Assembly: GCF_006345805.1 (NCBI RefSeq)
Contig: NC_043005.1
Location: 65,224,001-65,288,000 of the forward strand
Length of the DNA stretch: 64,000 nucleotides
Reading direction: 5' to 3'
DNA from: Octopus sinensis
Lineage: Eukaryota
Below are positions 52,317 to 64,000 of this stretch, one piece after another. Position 1 is the first letter of the stretch. Each line of letters starts with the position of its first letter. The position numbers were made by a program, and so were the translations under genes. Under the pieces are notes generated by a model. The model worked only from the letters and a program-made list of their open reading frames with translations. It was not told where the DNA came from and did no database searches.

Positions 52317-55300
52317 TGTTTCAGTGGAAATGGTACAACTCTCTCACGGAATAAATGGTATGTGTCCGTCACTATAAACCAGTACAGGGAGTCGTGCGTC
52401 AGTCAGCAAAGGTACGAGTTCGGTGTGCACCCGAATCTCTGTGTTAATCGCTTTTGTTAAAATCCTTGTCATTCCGTCGAGTACTCTTGTTTATCTGATT
52501 GTTGAAGGCTTAGTGCCTATTGTTGAATTTTGTTGCTGTTTTGCCTGTGGACTTGTGTATTTGTTTTGTTTTCTTTCCTCCATTTAGGGGCGAAGAGACT
52601 TTATGGTTGACGCCTCCAGAGGAAGTAACCAGCAAAACGAGAAGGAGGTCAGTGGTATAGAGAACGCTGTCCATAACCAATAAGAAAATAAAGATGGCAT
52701 CAGAGGAAGCCATTGAGAAATGTATGGAAGAAGTGAAGAGTGCTGCGATATGGCACTGTAGAGGTGAAGCTTGCCACCGAAGAAGAGGCAATAAATCACT
52801 TCTGCTGACCTATTGCGGCAAAAGAGTTGCAAGAATTAGGATCGGCAGGATGCCACCTGAAATCGAAGAAGCGTGGCTGGTGGCAGCCGTGATGTACGGA
52901 ACCAAAAGTTAATCCAAGTTGCAAGAACGAAGAAAATAAATTAATGGGGTCACGGCCTGGAAATGGTTATCCAGGTCACCCAGCAAGACTTGAATGAAAT
53001 AGCAAAAGAGGTGTTGTTGCCTGAAGATACAAAGCTGAGAGTGGTGGTAGAGGGAAGACCGCCTACCTGCTACCACTGTGGAGAAAAGGGGCACATTAAA
53101 ATAAAGGAGGAGGGATGTGCCGAAATATCGAAAAGGAAAGGAAAAAAACGGGAGATACACCTCCTAAAAGTACAGCGAAGAAGAGGAATAACAGCAAAAC
53201 AGAGGAGATTATACAGGAAGCACACAACACACAAGGTACACCCACACAGCATAACATCCAATAAAAAGGAAACTGCTCCAGATAGTCCGAGTTCACCTTG
53301 TAGACAAGCAGACACACGTACAGACAGGCATAACACACAGTCCTGCAAAAGCACCAGCCCCCTTCTCAAAACAAAGCATACATAATGACATATTCTAAAA
53401 GCACGGCGACAGCGAAAAGTCATCAAGTTCAAATCAGTGATTAGAGTTAAATTGCCGGCAGAAAAGTACACAGAAAGCACAAAGTGCCTATTGATAGTCA
53501 GGGAAAGACACGCTAAATTGAGGGAATTATTCGGTTCGAACACCGACCCGTTAGGAATGGAAATGGAGTATGATATCCTATCTCCAGTCGTAGACTTTAA
53601 AAAGTTAACACCATATATAAACTGGTAAAAAACTGTAAGTAAATTTTAATATTATAAAAAAAAAGATAAAAATGTTATAACATCAAAAACAGTTAAATGT
53701 AACCACTCGAGAGTGGGGATCGAGTGGCCATTTCACCTTCATTTATAATTCATTCCCATCCATTTGTTTTATGTCCCCATTTTGTATTGTATTGTCTGTC
53801 CTTGTGCTGTCCCTTCTGTGTAGGGCCCTGGTGGTCAGTAAAGAAATTTGTCGTGTGTTAGACGCTGTACGAGTTCTCAGTTGGAGTTAAGTGTCAGTTA
53901 CGCGCTATAGTCGAGTTCTAGTCACAGTCAAGGTAGACGGTTCAAATTTGGTGTCTTGCAGAGTTATCAGCAATAGCACGATAGACGAAGTGGTGTATTA
54001 CCATTCCAGTATAGAAGAGATGCATTGTATCTGATACCAAGAAAATATCGTGGCTACTAGAGTAGATACGACAGCTACAAACACAACAGTGGCCAAACAT
54101 TATAACTATGGGAAACACCACATCATAACAGTGGCGACGGGGATATAACAATTCACACGGACGACGTTGAAAAAAATTCCCACGGAAGAATTTTATAAAA
54201 AAAACACACGTGGAGAAATTATCAACTCGATAGAGGAGTAACAAACGTTTTGTTGTACACGAAAAATCCGTAAAATCGTAGAAAACATTTTGGTGGGTTT
54301 AGCTGAGTTGGAAAAACAGCAACAACAGCTCAAAGAACAGACCAACAACAACAGATGTTACAGTAACAAATGCTACAGCTAATGAAGTTGGAAACAAAAC
54401 CTGAAAATATGTTTTTGACAGACCATGTAGCCATTTCAGTAAATGAATCTAGATATGAAGAAGGAGCCACCTTCGAGGCATATCACCGAAGATTTGAACA
54501 ATTTTTTGAAAAAGAATGTCAAAACTGGACTGACGAAATGAAAACGCGTCTAATTTTCAGGAAACTGTCGATAATAGAGCATGAAAAATACAGTAACTTT
54601 ATACTACCTAAAATATTTTAGCTACACAATTGACATTTTATGTAAGATGTTCAGTGAAAAGATCTCGTTGTTCAACATATATTGGAAGCGTTTGAACATT
54701 GAGAAAAGCGATGACGAAGACTTCACTACGTATGTAGGTGGAGTGAACAGGGAGGGAACGCGAGAGGTTTAAACTGGATAAACTAACTCCAGATTCGTTC
54801 AAATGCCTGATTTTTGCATAGGAACTTACTGATAAAAAGGACGCAGAAGTCAGAAGGAAAATGATCACAAAGCTGGAAATGAACCATGATATAACCCTGC
54901 AGAAACTTTCAGAAGAATGCGATATGATATTAGAAGTAAGACATGGTACATAGGAAATCCAACGCAGAGATTGTTTCCAGGTAAAACAAGTGCGGAAGAG
55001 TTTGAAGACGGAAAATATGTTTCACAAAAAGTACGATATACATCAGGATGTAAATCCATGTATAGCATGTGATGGTATGCACTTGAGGAAAAATTGTCCA
55101 TTGAAAAAAACGGTGTGATTTCGTTGCGGGAATACAGGACATATGAAATTGCACTGTAGAACTAAAATGGCGAAAATTTGGAACAAGCGAGAAAAATAAA
55201 ATAGTTTATCATCAGTAAAACAAGTTAGTACAACGAACAGAAAATTCGTCAAGGTGAAAATCGAAACTACAAGTGTCAAAATGCAATTAGAAACGGGTAA

Positions 55301-57276
55301 TGACATCAATATCATAAATGAAAAAACATGGAAACAAATAGCTAAGCCGAAATTATTTAGATCCAATAAAGCAGCATGTGGTGTTACTGGAAGGAAATTA
55401 TATTTTATCGGCGAATGCGTTTGCAATGTAACTTTTCGAAGTAAAACAAAAAGGGCAAATATTTGTGTTGAAAAATCCCTAAACTTATTTGGAACAGAAT
55501 GCATGGAGTTATTTAAAATGTGGAACACCCCCATAAGCGTTCTCTGTGGAAATGTAGTTGGGGCGGTCAAAGGCTCGAGTGAAGTTGAAGAACTGAGACA
55601 AAAAAAAGATAAATCATTTCCCAATTTTTTTTTCTTGAAGGATTTTTCTGTTGCACTAAAACAAAAGTGAGGATTGCTGTAAAAGAAAGTACAACACCTA
55701 TTTTTAGGCCCAAAGAGAATGAAAATACACCAAGTCGTAAGCATATATTCAACATGTGACGGTGTACTGATGTGTTGCGAAAGGGTAATGATACCGGAGA
55801 CACTACAAAGAAAGGATGTTGAAAGAATTTCACATTGGGCATCAGGGGATTCAAGGAGGAAAGTGCTAGTGCACAGTTATGTATATTGGCCAAAGATGGA
55901 TAAGGTAATGAAAAACTTGGTAAAATGTTGCTAGAGATGTCCTCTGATAGTGAAATTGCCTACTAAAAAATGGGAGCCTTGGCTACAAATAAAAATCCCA
56001 TGGTCGATATTACACATCGATTTCGCGGTTCCATTTAATGGTAATTACTACTTAGTAGTATTTGACAGTTATACAAAATGGCCCGAAGTTGTTAAGTGCA
56101 AAAGACCAACCTCCTCAACTGTAATAAATGTTTTGCACGAATAATTCACAAGATTTGGCATCCCAGGCGTGATTGTGTCTGATAATGGAACACAATTTGT
56201 GTCCAGTGAATTTAGAAACTTCTGTGAAATGTTCACGGTAGAACATATAATGATAACGCCTTACCATCCTAGATCAAATGGACAGGCAGAACGTTTTGTT
56301 GATACCTTTAAAAGAGAATTAAGAAAAGCCAACAAGGAAGTCTCAAAGGAAGTCACAAACGAAGTCACTCTTCAACAATTTTTAAGAATGTACAAGGTGA
56401 CACCGAACCCGAATTCACCAAAAGGTTCACCAGCAGAACTAATCTTCGCAAGGAAGGTGAAATCAGTTTTTGATAAGCTGCTACTGGCGAGGAAAGAAAG
56501 ATTATTAGAAAGGACATGTGAAAGTTTTTCAAATTTTGTGATAAGATGTACATGGGATTGTATAAAAACGGAAAACTGTACTGGGAAGAAGGCGAAATTA
56601 CAAAGTGCATAGGACAAATGATGTATGAGATAAAAACCAAAAAAGGCATTGAAAAAAGACTCAGAAATCAATTAAAGGAGAGATTCATAGAAAATGAACC
56701 AAACAGATTGGAAGTACGTATGGAATGGCTGTATGACACATTCCAGGTACCAACACCTTTACAGGTGGTTGAACACACGCGTACAAGTGGAAGAAAAATG
56801 AATAGACGCCTAAACAAAATATTAAGTTGTACAAATAAAGAGAAGGAGCAACTCAAGAAAGGGAGGTGGGGCTAATAAAGCAAAATAAAATTACTTGCTT
56901 CCCGAACAGAAAACAAAACAAAAGGGGAGGTTGTGTAGGGGAAAAGGTACACCCCTCCCACGGGACAAGTGGTATGTGCCAGCCACTATAAAGTGAGACG
57001 ACGTCAACCACTACAGGGAGTCGTTTGTCATGTTCTCAGTTGGAGTTAAGTGTCAGTCGAGTTCGAGTCACAGTCAAGGTAGACGGTTCAAATTTGGTGT
57101 CTTGCAGCGTTATCAGCGATAGCACGTTAGACGAAGCGGTGTATTACCATTACGCTATAGAAGAGATACACTGTATCTGATATCAAGAAAATATCGTGGC
57201 CACTATAATAGATACAACAGTTACAGTCACAACAGTGGGCACACATTATAACTGTGGAAAACACCATTTCATAACA
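52317..57276 (+). mobile_element. Gypsy (Ty3) LTR retrotransposon lacking RT/RNase H, decayed
   Basis: The 5' LTR (TG...CA) is 52317-52395 plus 53848-54130. PBS TGGCGACGGG at 54132. Gag (TFEAY.RRFE..LIFRKL..HEKY.NFILP), CCHC remnants, protease (MQLETG), and integrase (H..H..C..C; ILHIDF, IVSDNGTQF, PYHPRSNGQAERFV). PPT AAAAGGGGAGG at 56920. The 3' LTR is 56932-57276. Putative TSD AATAT/AATAA. Confidence 0.88.
52396..53847 (+). mobile_element. ORF1-only LINE derivative (CCHC ORF1, L1/Tx1-like) inserted in the 5' LTR
   Basis: RIRIGRMPPEI..WL and LRVVVEGRPPTCYHCGEKGH. No endonuclease or RT is present. It ends GTGGTCAGTAAAGAAAT. The flanks rejoin as GTCGT|TTGTC, as in the 3' LTR. Confidence 0.6.
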
Positions 57277-57826
57277 AATAATAAGGTTATAATGCAAATA
57301 TAATTTTCAGAAAACCTATACACGTCTTTAAAGAATCAATAGAGTTAACAGTTATACTTACATATACACACACATAATTATTACAAATACACACACTCAT
57401 ACATACGTGTATGCATGCGTGTATACATATGCATATGCGTACTGGAGTGGGCACGGTATGGCCCAATCTTTAAGAAGTTCGCTTTTCAAATGTGATATCC
57501 TGAGTTCGGTCCGACTGTCTTTCATCTTAGGCACGAGTTACATTCAACTAGTATCTGACTGACTTGTTAGTGAAATTGGTTTGAGGAAAACAACATGGAA
57601 GCACGCTAGACGTATTATACCAACAATTCAAAGGTCCAACTTCAGTTTATAACAAGGTGGTTTCCCCCCGCCAATTATGTTGAGGGTACACATGTTTTCA
57701 GTATTCTTACACTTAAGGGATTCAATGTGACTAGATTTCTCAAACAACTGAAAAACCATGGTCAGAAATTCTGACAAAGATCTGTCCTATTTGTGTGTGT
57801 GTGTGTGTCTGTGTGTGCGTGTGTGT

Positions 57827-57871
<45 letters not shown>

Positions 57872-57930
57872 CATACATACATACATACATACATACATAC
57901 ATACATACATACATACATACATACATACAT

Positions 57931-58110
57931 ACGAGGAGGTACTGAATAGTTCCTGGCTTGTAGTAAAACAAAATATAGGAGGATCGATTAATTATGATTT
58001 AAATCAACATATTCCCCTCTGAGATTCACACACTTATCGCTGCAGTTATGTTTTTCTAAGCCTTAAGAAGGCTTCGGAGAGTTGGGCTCCCAGTCAGGCA
58101 TTTCGCAATA
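57931..58110. mobile_element. Mariner-derived fragment (terminal repeat plus transposase C-terminus)
   Basis: It begins after TA with CGAGGAGGTACTGAATAGTTCCTGGCTT. The minus strand encodes KCVNLRGEYV, typical of mariner transposase ends. Confidence 0.6.
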
Positions 58111-58342
58111 CCTATTTCTTTACTACCCACAAGGGGCTAAACACAGAGAGGAGGAAAGTCACTAGCCCCTATCTACACACACAGATACTTACACATTCTC
58201 ACATACACACACACGCACGCGCACCTTCGTTTTGGGATTACCAATACTTTATTATCTCCCCTTCTTTCTACCTATGCTATCAATCCTGCTTGACCGCGAA
58301 TTCCACAAGTTTTTTTCTCTCTCTCTGTTTATTTTCTCTTCT

Positions 58343-58381
58343 TCTTTTCTGTTGAAGAGCCTAGGCTCGAAACGTAAAAGA
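58343..58381 (+). ncRNA. Minimal hammerhead-like motif with a core substitution
   Basis: TCTTTT-CTGTTGA-A-GAGC-CTAG-GCTC-GAAAC-GTA-AAAGA. The core A6 is replaced by T. Confidence 0.45.
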
Positions 58382-58461
58382 CCTCACGTTCCCAAGTGTC
58401 AAACTAATACACCGGCTTGTTGTTCTTCGTCTTTTTGTTTTTAAATATATATATACATATA

Positions 58462-58511
<50 letters not shown>

Positions 58512-58512
58512 G

Positions 58513-58548
<36 letters not shown>

Positions 58549-58613
58549 ATATTCATACATACATGCATATACATACAAAAATACATGATCTACATATAGA
58601 TGTGCATCTAACT

Positions 58614-58729
<116 letters not shown>

Positions 58730-59269
58730 GTTCATATATATCACATTAAAGACAGGGAACAATAGAATTGTGTATTTTATGGTACGTCATTTGAGACGTC
58801 CGTATCGTGCTTCAAAACTTTGAAATTGCATTTTAACGCCATAAACAACTCCAGTTACCCACGTGTGATGAAAGTGTGTTCTTACTGACTACGTTTGATC
58901 TTTAATTCATAAATTCCTATAACAAAATCTATTCCTATGTTCATGTGTTTGTTTGTTAGTTGAGCGGTAGATTATTTAATATGCTGACAAAATGCCGACT
59001 GTATGTTTCCGAAATATTTTCTAAATAACCATTTACTTGCTGTAGTGAGCAAATATAATTTTACAATTGTATGATGTTCCACTTCGGAAAATTAGAATTT
59101 CACCTTTCACATGATTCATAAAGGTGGTAGCTAATAAGACAAAGCCTATTTAGATCTCTCTGTATTTACAATCACACACACACACACACACCACACACAC
59201 ACACACACATGTACATATATGTATGTTTGTGCGTTTGTACTTGTACGTCGTATACATTACCTACATGCA

Positions 59270-59335
<66 letters not shown>

Positions 59336-60619
59336 TATATACATACATATATGTATATACCTACATATATATGTATATATAGATGCATATATGTGTACAG
59401 GACATCAAAAAACGTGTAACACAATGAGAAACAAAAACAAAAACGTAGAAACGAACTTTTTTCGAACAACGAAAAAAAACAAACAGAGAAACAAGACATA
59501 CAACATAAAGAATATTTCCCTTCTTCAGTTGTCCCAGCTTCAACTACTCCACATTATGAAGGCAAGGACAAGACGCGACGTCGTTGAAACAGTCCTTCCC
59601 GTAAAGCAAATTAAATAAAATTTGGGATTTTTTGCGGGGGTTGAAAGTGGTAACAAGCACAGAACAGTGAGAACAAAACAGTAAAACCAATAAAAACGTA
59701 AAAACAGTAAAAGACAGAACAATGAGAACAAAAGAGTAAAAACAAACGGTAAGGGCTGTTAAGCTAAGACGATGGGAAAATTATTCTGAACGTCTAGGAA
59801 GACGAGCTTATGAAGGAGACAGTATAAGCACGATTAGTCTTTACGAAGGTTGTGGGTAGAACGGTAGATTCTCTTTCGTCACGTGTCAGTGACGAGAGAG
59901 TCGAGGAGGAGGAGTGAGGGAGGTGGACGGTGAAGGGTAGAGGAGAAGAATAGGGAAGGGTGGGAGAGAAAACCAGAAATGATGAAAAACAACAGGGGGA
60001 GAGAGATAGAAAGAGAAGAGATAGTAAAGATAGAAGAGTGCGCATCGTAATTATTAAGATGAAACTTACTTGGAAAAGGATGCGTGGCGTTCGATCATAT
60101 AATAATATAAATAATATATGCACATATACATACATATATGTACATACCTACATATATATGTATATATACATGCATGTATGGGCACAGGACATCAAAAAAC
60201 CGTTGAACACAATGAGAAACAAAAACATAAAACAAAAACATAGAAACGGACGTTCTTTCGAACAACGAAAGACAAAACAAACAGAGAAACGAGCCATGTA
60301 ACGTAAAGAACATTACCCTTCTTCAGTTGTCCCTAACAAAGCCAAGGCTGCAAAAAGTTCACTTTATATTTCACGGTTGGCGACCAGGCTTGCTGGGTGT
60401 GCGAACAACAATACAGGGGAGGTGTATACAGCAGGCTACTCTTCAGACCAAGGATATTTTGATTAAATGACAGTTTACATGGCTGCAAGAAAGTATATGT
60501 TAACGCATGTCTGATTCAATCAAACTGAATCTTCTTACCACTTCTGAGGTTCCGCTCGCTATGAAACATATGTAGTCCGGATTTCACCTATTCCATTCTG
60601 TAACTCATGTATATATATA

Positions 60620-60683
<64 letters not shown>

Positions 60684-60735
60684 TATATATATATGCACAC
60701 ACACACATATATATATATATATATTATATATGCAT

Positions 60736-61633
60736 ATATTTACTTCCTCTCCCAGGTAGACATATTCTCTCACCTCCTCTATTTCATCACTGCCGATCAC
60801 CATTCGACCTGTTGGTACGTTGTCTGACCGCACGAACTTTGTTTTCATGCGGTTCATCTTGAGACCTACTGCATAAATTTTGATGTCGAGCTCCGTCAGC
60901 ATGGTCTGAAGCTGATCCATGTTTTCAGCGATGAGTACGATGTCGTCAGCGAAACGGAGGTGAGTGAGGAGCTCGCCATTGATGTTGACACCACCTTGCC
61001 ATTCGATGCCTCTGATGATCTGTTCGAGACATGCAGTGAAAAGTTTGGGGGAGATTGTAAATATGTGCCGGGATATCAAAAAGGAGATCTCACGGAGAGT
61101 AACGGCCGGATGGAAGGCGTTCAATGGCATAAGGGATGTGCTCAAGAGAAGGTTGGACAGGACCACCCGCGCCAATCTCATTAACAGTGCAGTTCTGCCT
61201 GCAATGTTATATGGTAGTGAAACATGGGCTACCACAAAGAGAGAAGAGCAAAGACTGATAACGGCTCAAAGAGCCATGGAAAGGTCAATGCTTGGTATCT
61301 CGTTGAGAGAGCACATAAATAGCAACATCATCAGAAAGAATTCCGGCGTGAGAGATGTCATAGCAGAGTATACTCGCAGCAAGTATAGATAGGCTGGACA
61401 CGTCGCCCGGCTCACCGATAATCGGTGGACGCACGCAGTTGTCGAGTGGTACTCGCGTGAGCGGAAAAGACCACCCGGAAGACCTCCACGACGGTGGAGT
61501 GACGATTTCAAGAGGACGATTGGGATCACGTGGATGAAAAAGGCGCGATCTAGAGAGGAGTGGACAGCGTGCTGTGACCAGCGGTGTCAAATGGACGTCT
61601 GACGGACTGGTCGGTCAAAGTGATCAAAGTGAT
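60736..61633 (+). mobile_element. RTE-clade LINE with a 5' inversion
   Basis: Minus 60736-61056 encodes [39 protein letters not shown]. Plus 61057 onward continues VNMCRDIKKEISRR..W..MLYGSETW..AGHVAR..RPPGRPPRRW. The tail is (TCAAAGTGA)x2. Confidence 0.9.
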
Positions 61634-61651
61634 ATGCATATATATGTATAT

Positions 61652-61694
<43 letters not shown>

Positions 61695-61800
61695 ATACAC
61701 ACATATATATGCATAATTTAATCATTTTAAATAAATACCACTGGAAAAGTTTTTTTACAGATTTTTTTGGAGAATTCTCCACTCCCACCTTATTTCTGCA

Positions 61801-63178
61801 TCATATACTATGAAAGGCAGATTTTCTCTGTCTGTGACTATGTTTGTTTGCTATACGATTGTACAATATAGAATTTCTTCAATTGGAATTTAGCTATGAT
61901 TTTTCGAAGTAGATTCGATTGGGTCATGGCATATAAATTTTTTTCAATTTGACCCCCAATTAAGCAAAAATTCGATAAAACTCAATATTTTACGATTTGC
62001 CTCTCTCATTTCAACTGGTTTACTCCTTCTATTACCACACTTTCTGCTACTTTCTCTTTGCAAGTGTATACCACTCTCATATTCTCTTTCTACCACTCTT
62101 AAAAATACATTCAACATCACACATTCTGTTACTTTCTCTTATTAATGCTTAAAGCACTCCTCAAAACAAAAGACAGAGAGGAAACAGAGAAAAAAATAAA
62201 TACATAACGATTTACTCCTCACACACACACACATAGACACGCAAACATATACATCTACTTTCTCTTTGAAAACCACTCCTCAAAAACAAGACAGAGAGGA
62301 AACAGAAAAAATAAATACATAACGATTTACTCCTCACACACACACATAGACACGCAAACATATACATATATGACAGTGAGAAACACAAACGTTTCAAACA
62401 ACTACATACAAACACTCAAACACACACACACTCACGTGTGTGCTTGTTATTAGTAAAAAAGGCGCCAAACACAATTCACTTTCTCATTCGAACACATTTG
62501 CAAACACACACCAACAATTCAATTTTATTTCCGGACAGACAACATAACACTATCAACTTCATACTACCACAACAACATTTTTCTTTATCCTGTCAAAACC
62601 TCATTGATCCTACACTTTGGAAACTAAGCAACAGATCATTTTATACAACAACAAATTTAATCATAACGCCCATCAATGAAAACATCTCCACCACTGTGTT
62701 GTGATTCATCTATTCAGCACCACTACAGTCTTGCCGGTCTGACATATGGTCAGTAGATGCTATTGTTCTATATTTTATAAATTACCCATATTTACTTACC
62801 CATGCTTCATTCCCCTCTTGCCTACATAGGGAATCCATTCTCTTTTAACACAGCATGAAGTTTTGTAACAGCACATCCGCTGCCGTTCGTGGAAAACGAA
62901 GAGACCCTATTCACCTGCGAACGTTTTACACCGCTTTCCACGACTATCAAATTCTTACAATTATGAGAACGATAACATGGCTCTTTTCAAGGCAACCTCG
63001 CATTCAATTCTTACACCATTCTACGAGGGGGTAGGAACCCCTTTACACGGCTTTCTATACACTTACAAATACATTCATTGGCCGTAAACTTATATCAATA
63101 TTTGCCAGAATAATCACTGCAATCATTAACAGTACTTTCAAGCAATTCAGCCCGAGCAACGTCGGGCAATTCTGCTAG
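61801..63178 (+). mobile_element. Non-autonomous Helitron
   Basis: A|TCATATACTATGAAAGG at the 5' end. The 3' end is the hairpin GCCCGAGCAACGTCGGGC, then AATTCTG, then CTAG|T. An internal ~120-bp direct repeat lies at 62157-62375. Confidence 0.75.
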
Positions 63179-63924
63179 TGTATGGATAATTGTGGATTCA
63201 GCAAACGAAAGAAAGGAAGCTTCTTCAATACTGTCTTTTGTCATGTTAAACATAACAGTCAAAGCTCCGAAAAATATTTACTCCCAAAAGTTCGCACTTT
63301 TTAAATTACCCTTTCCCTACCCTTCGGAATAACGAAGACCTTCTCACCGAAATAATGAATGCATTAGCTCAGTTGCTTCTTCTCTCAACTAATCTACAGC
63401 AAAATATTTGATAAATTTATGCCGCTATCTTAACGAATAGGTGGAAGAGAATTTGCATGTGCTTTAAATGTTTCAATTCGTCTCTAGAAGCCAACATTAA
63501 AGCATGGTTTAATTCTACATAACAATCAATAATTTTATGTGACTTTTTAAAATTAAAGCTTCATTTCTTTTACTCAATAGATAAACCTTCACCGATTCTT
63601 ACAGACATGCAACTGGTTCTTACTCTCAAACAAAATACGTTTCCTACCACATGAAATGTCTTAGTCATCTATATTTCCATTTACATACAAGATACATTAC
63701 AATGGTGTATTTCATAGAATTTAAAGGTGCCGGTAAAATGGGTGGACTAGCAGGAAAAAAGTAGCGCAAGCGTGATAATAGTCTTAATAAAATAGGTCTA
63801 GAAAAGTACAGCAGAAGTGGAAGCTTAAAACTATTCCAGCTGATATTAGAAAAAAGTACGTTGGTTCCAGTCTTATTTACACTTACAAATATGCGCCTTT
63901 AAATTGATACTCTTTTACTCTTTT

Positions 63925-64000
63925 ACTCTTTTACTTGTGTCAGTCATTTGACTGCGGCCATGCTGAAGCACCGCCTTTAGTCGAGCAAATCAACCCCGGG
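63925..64000 (-). mobile_element. SINE family B 3' tail, running off the window
   Basis: CAGTCATTTGACTGCGGCCATGCTGAAGCACCGCCTTTAGTCGAGC. Confidence 0.85.

Noticed and set aside
60544-60578. CTGAGGT..GAAAC-ATAT-GTA hammerhead candidate
   Set aside because: Stem III is palindromic, but A9 is changed and stems I and II do not pair.
63022-63035. TACGAGGGGGTA resembling a mariner terminal repeat
   Set aside because: Only ~12 bp match, it lies inside the Helitron, and there is no partner end.

Overview
AT-rich eukaryotic genomic DNA, dense in (TA)n, (TAA)n, (AGAT)n and (TATG)n microsatellites. The SINE families and repeat texture suggest an octopus or other coleoid cephalopod (inference; no database search was run). 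No host protein-coding gene could be supported. The window is a nested mosaic of mobile elements: two R4/Dong-like LINEs bordered by (TAA)n plus two older REL-LINE relics, a CR1-like LINE with an open RT frame, an RTE LINE with a 5' inversion, an RT-deleted Gypsy element whose 5' LTR is split by an ORF1-only insertion, two Penelope-like (GIY-YIG) relics, two Helitrons, mariner fragments, and three tRNA-derived SINE families. The main unexplained signal, found by reading the sequence, is about a dozen minimal type I hammerhead ribozyme motifs (stem I / CUGANGA / stem II / GAAA / short or palindromic stem III / NUH / stem I'). They sit in small non-coding elements mostly embedded in (TA)n tracts. 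They include a near-identical 518-bp tandem repeat with one hammerhead per unit (retrozyme-like, predicting a 518-nt monomer or circular RNA) and inverted hammerhead pairs, one of which is split at its catalytic core by the CR1 insertion. Ribozyme activity is inferred from motif and pairing only.
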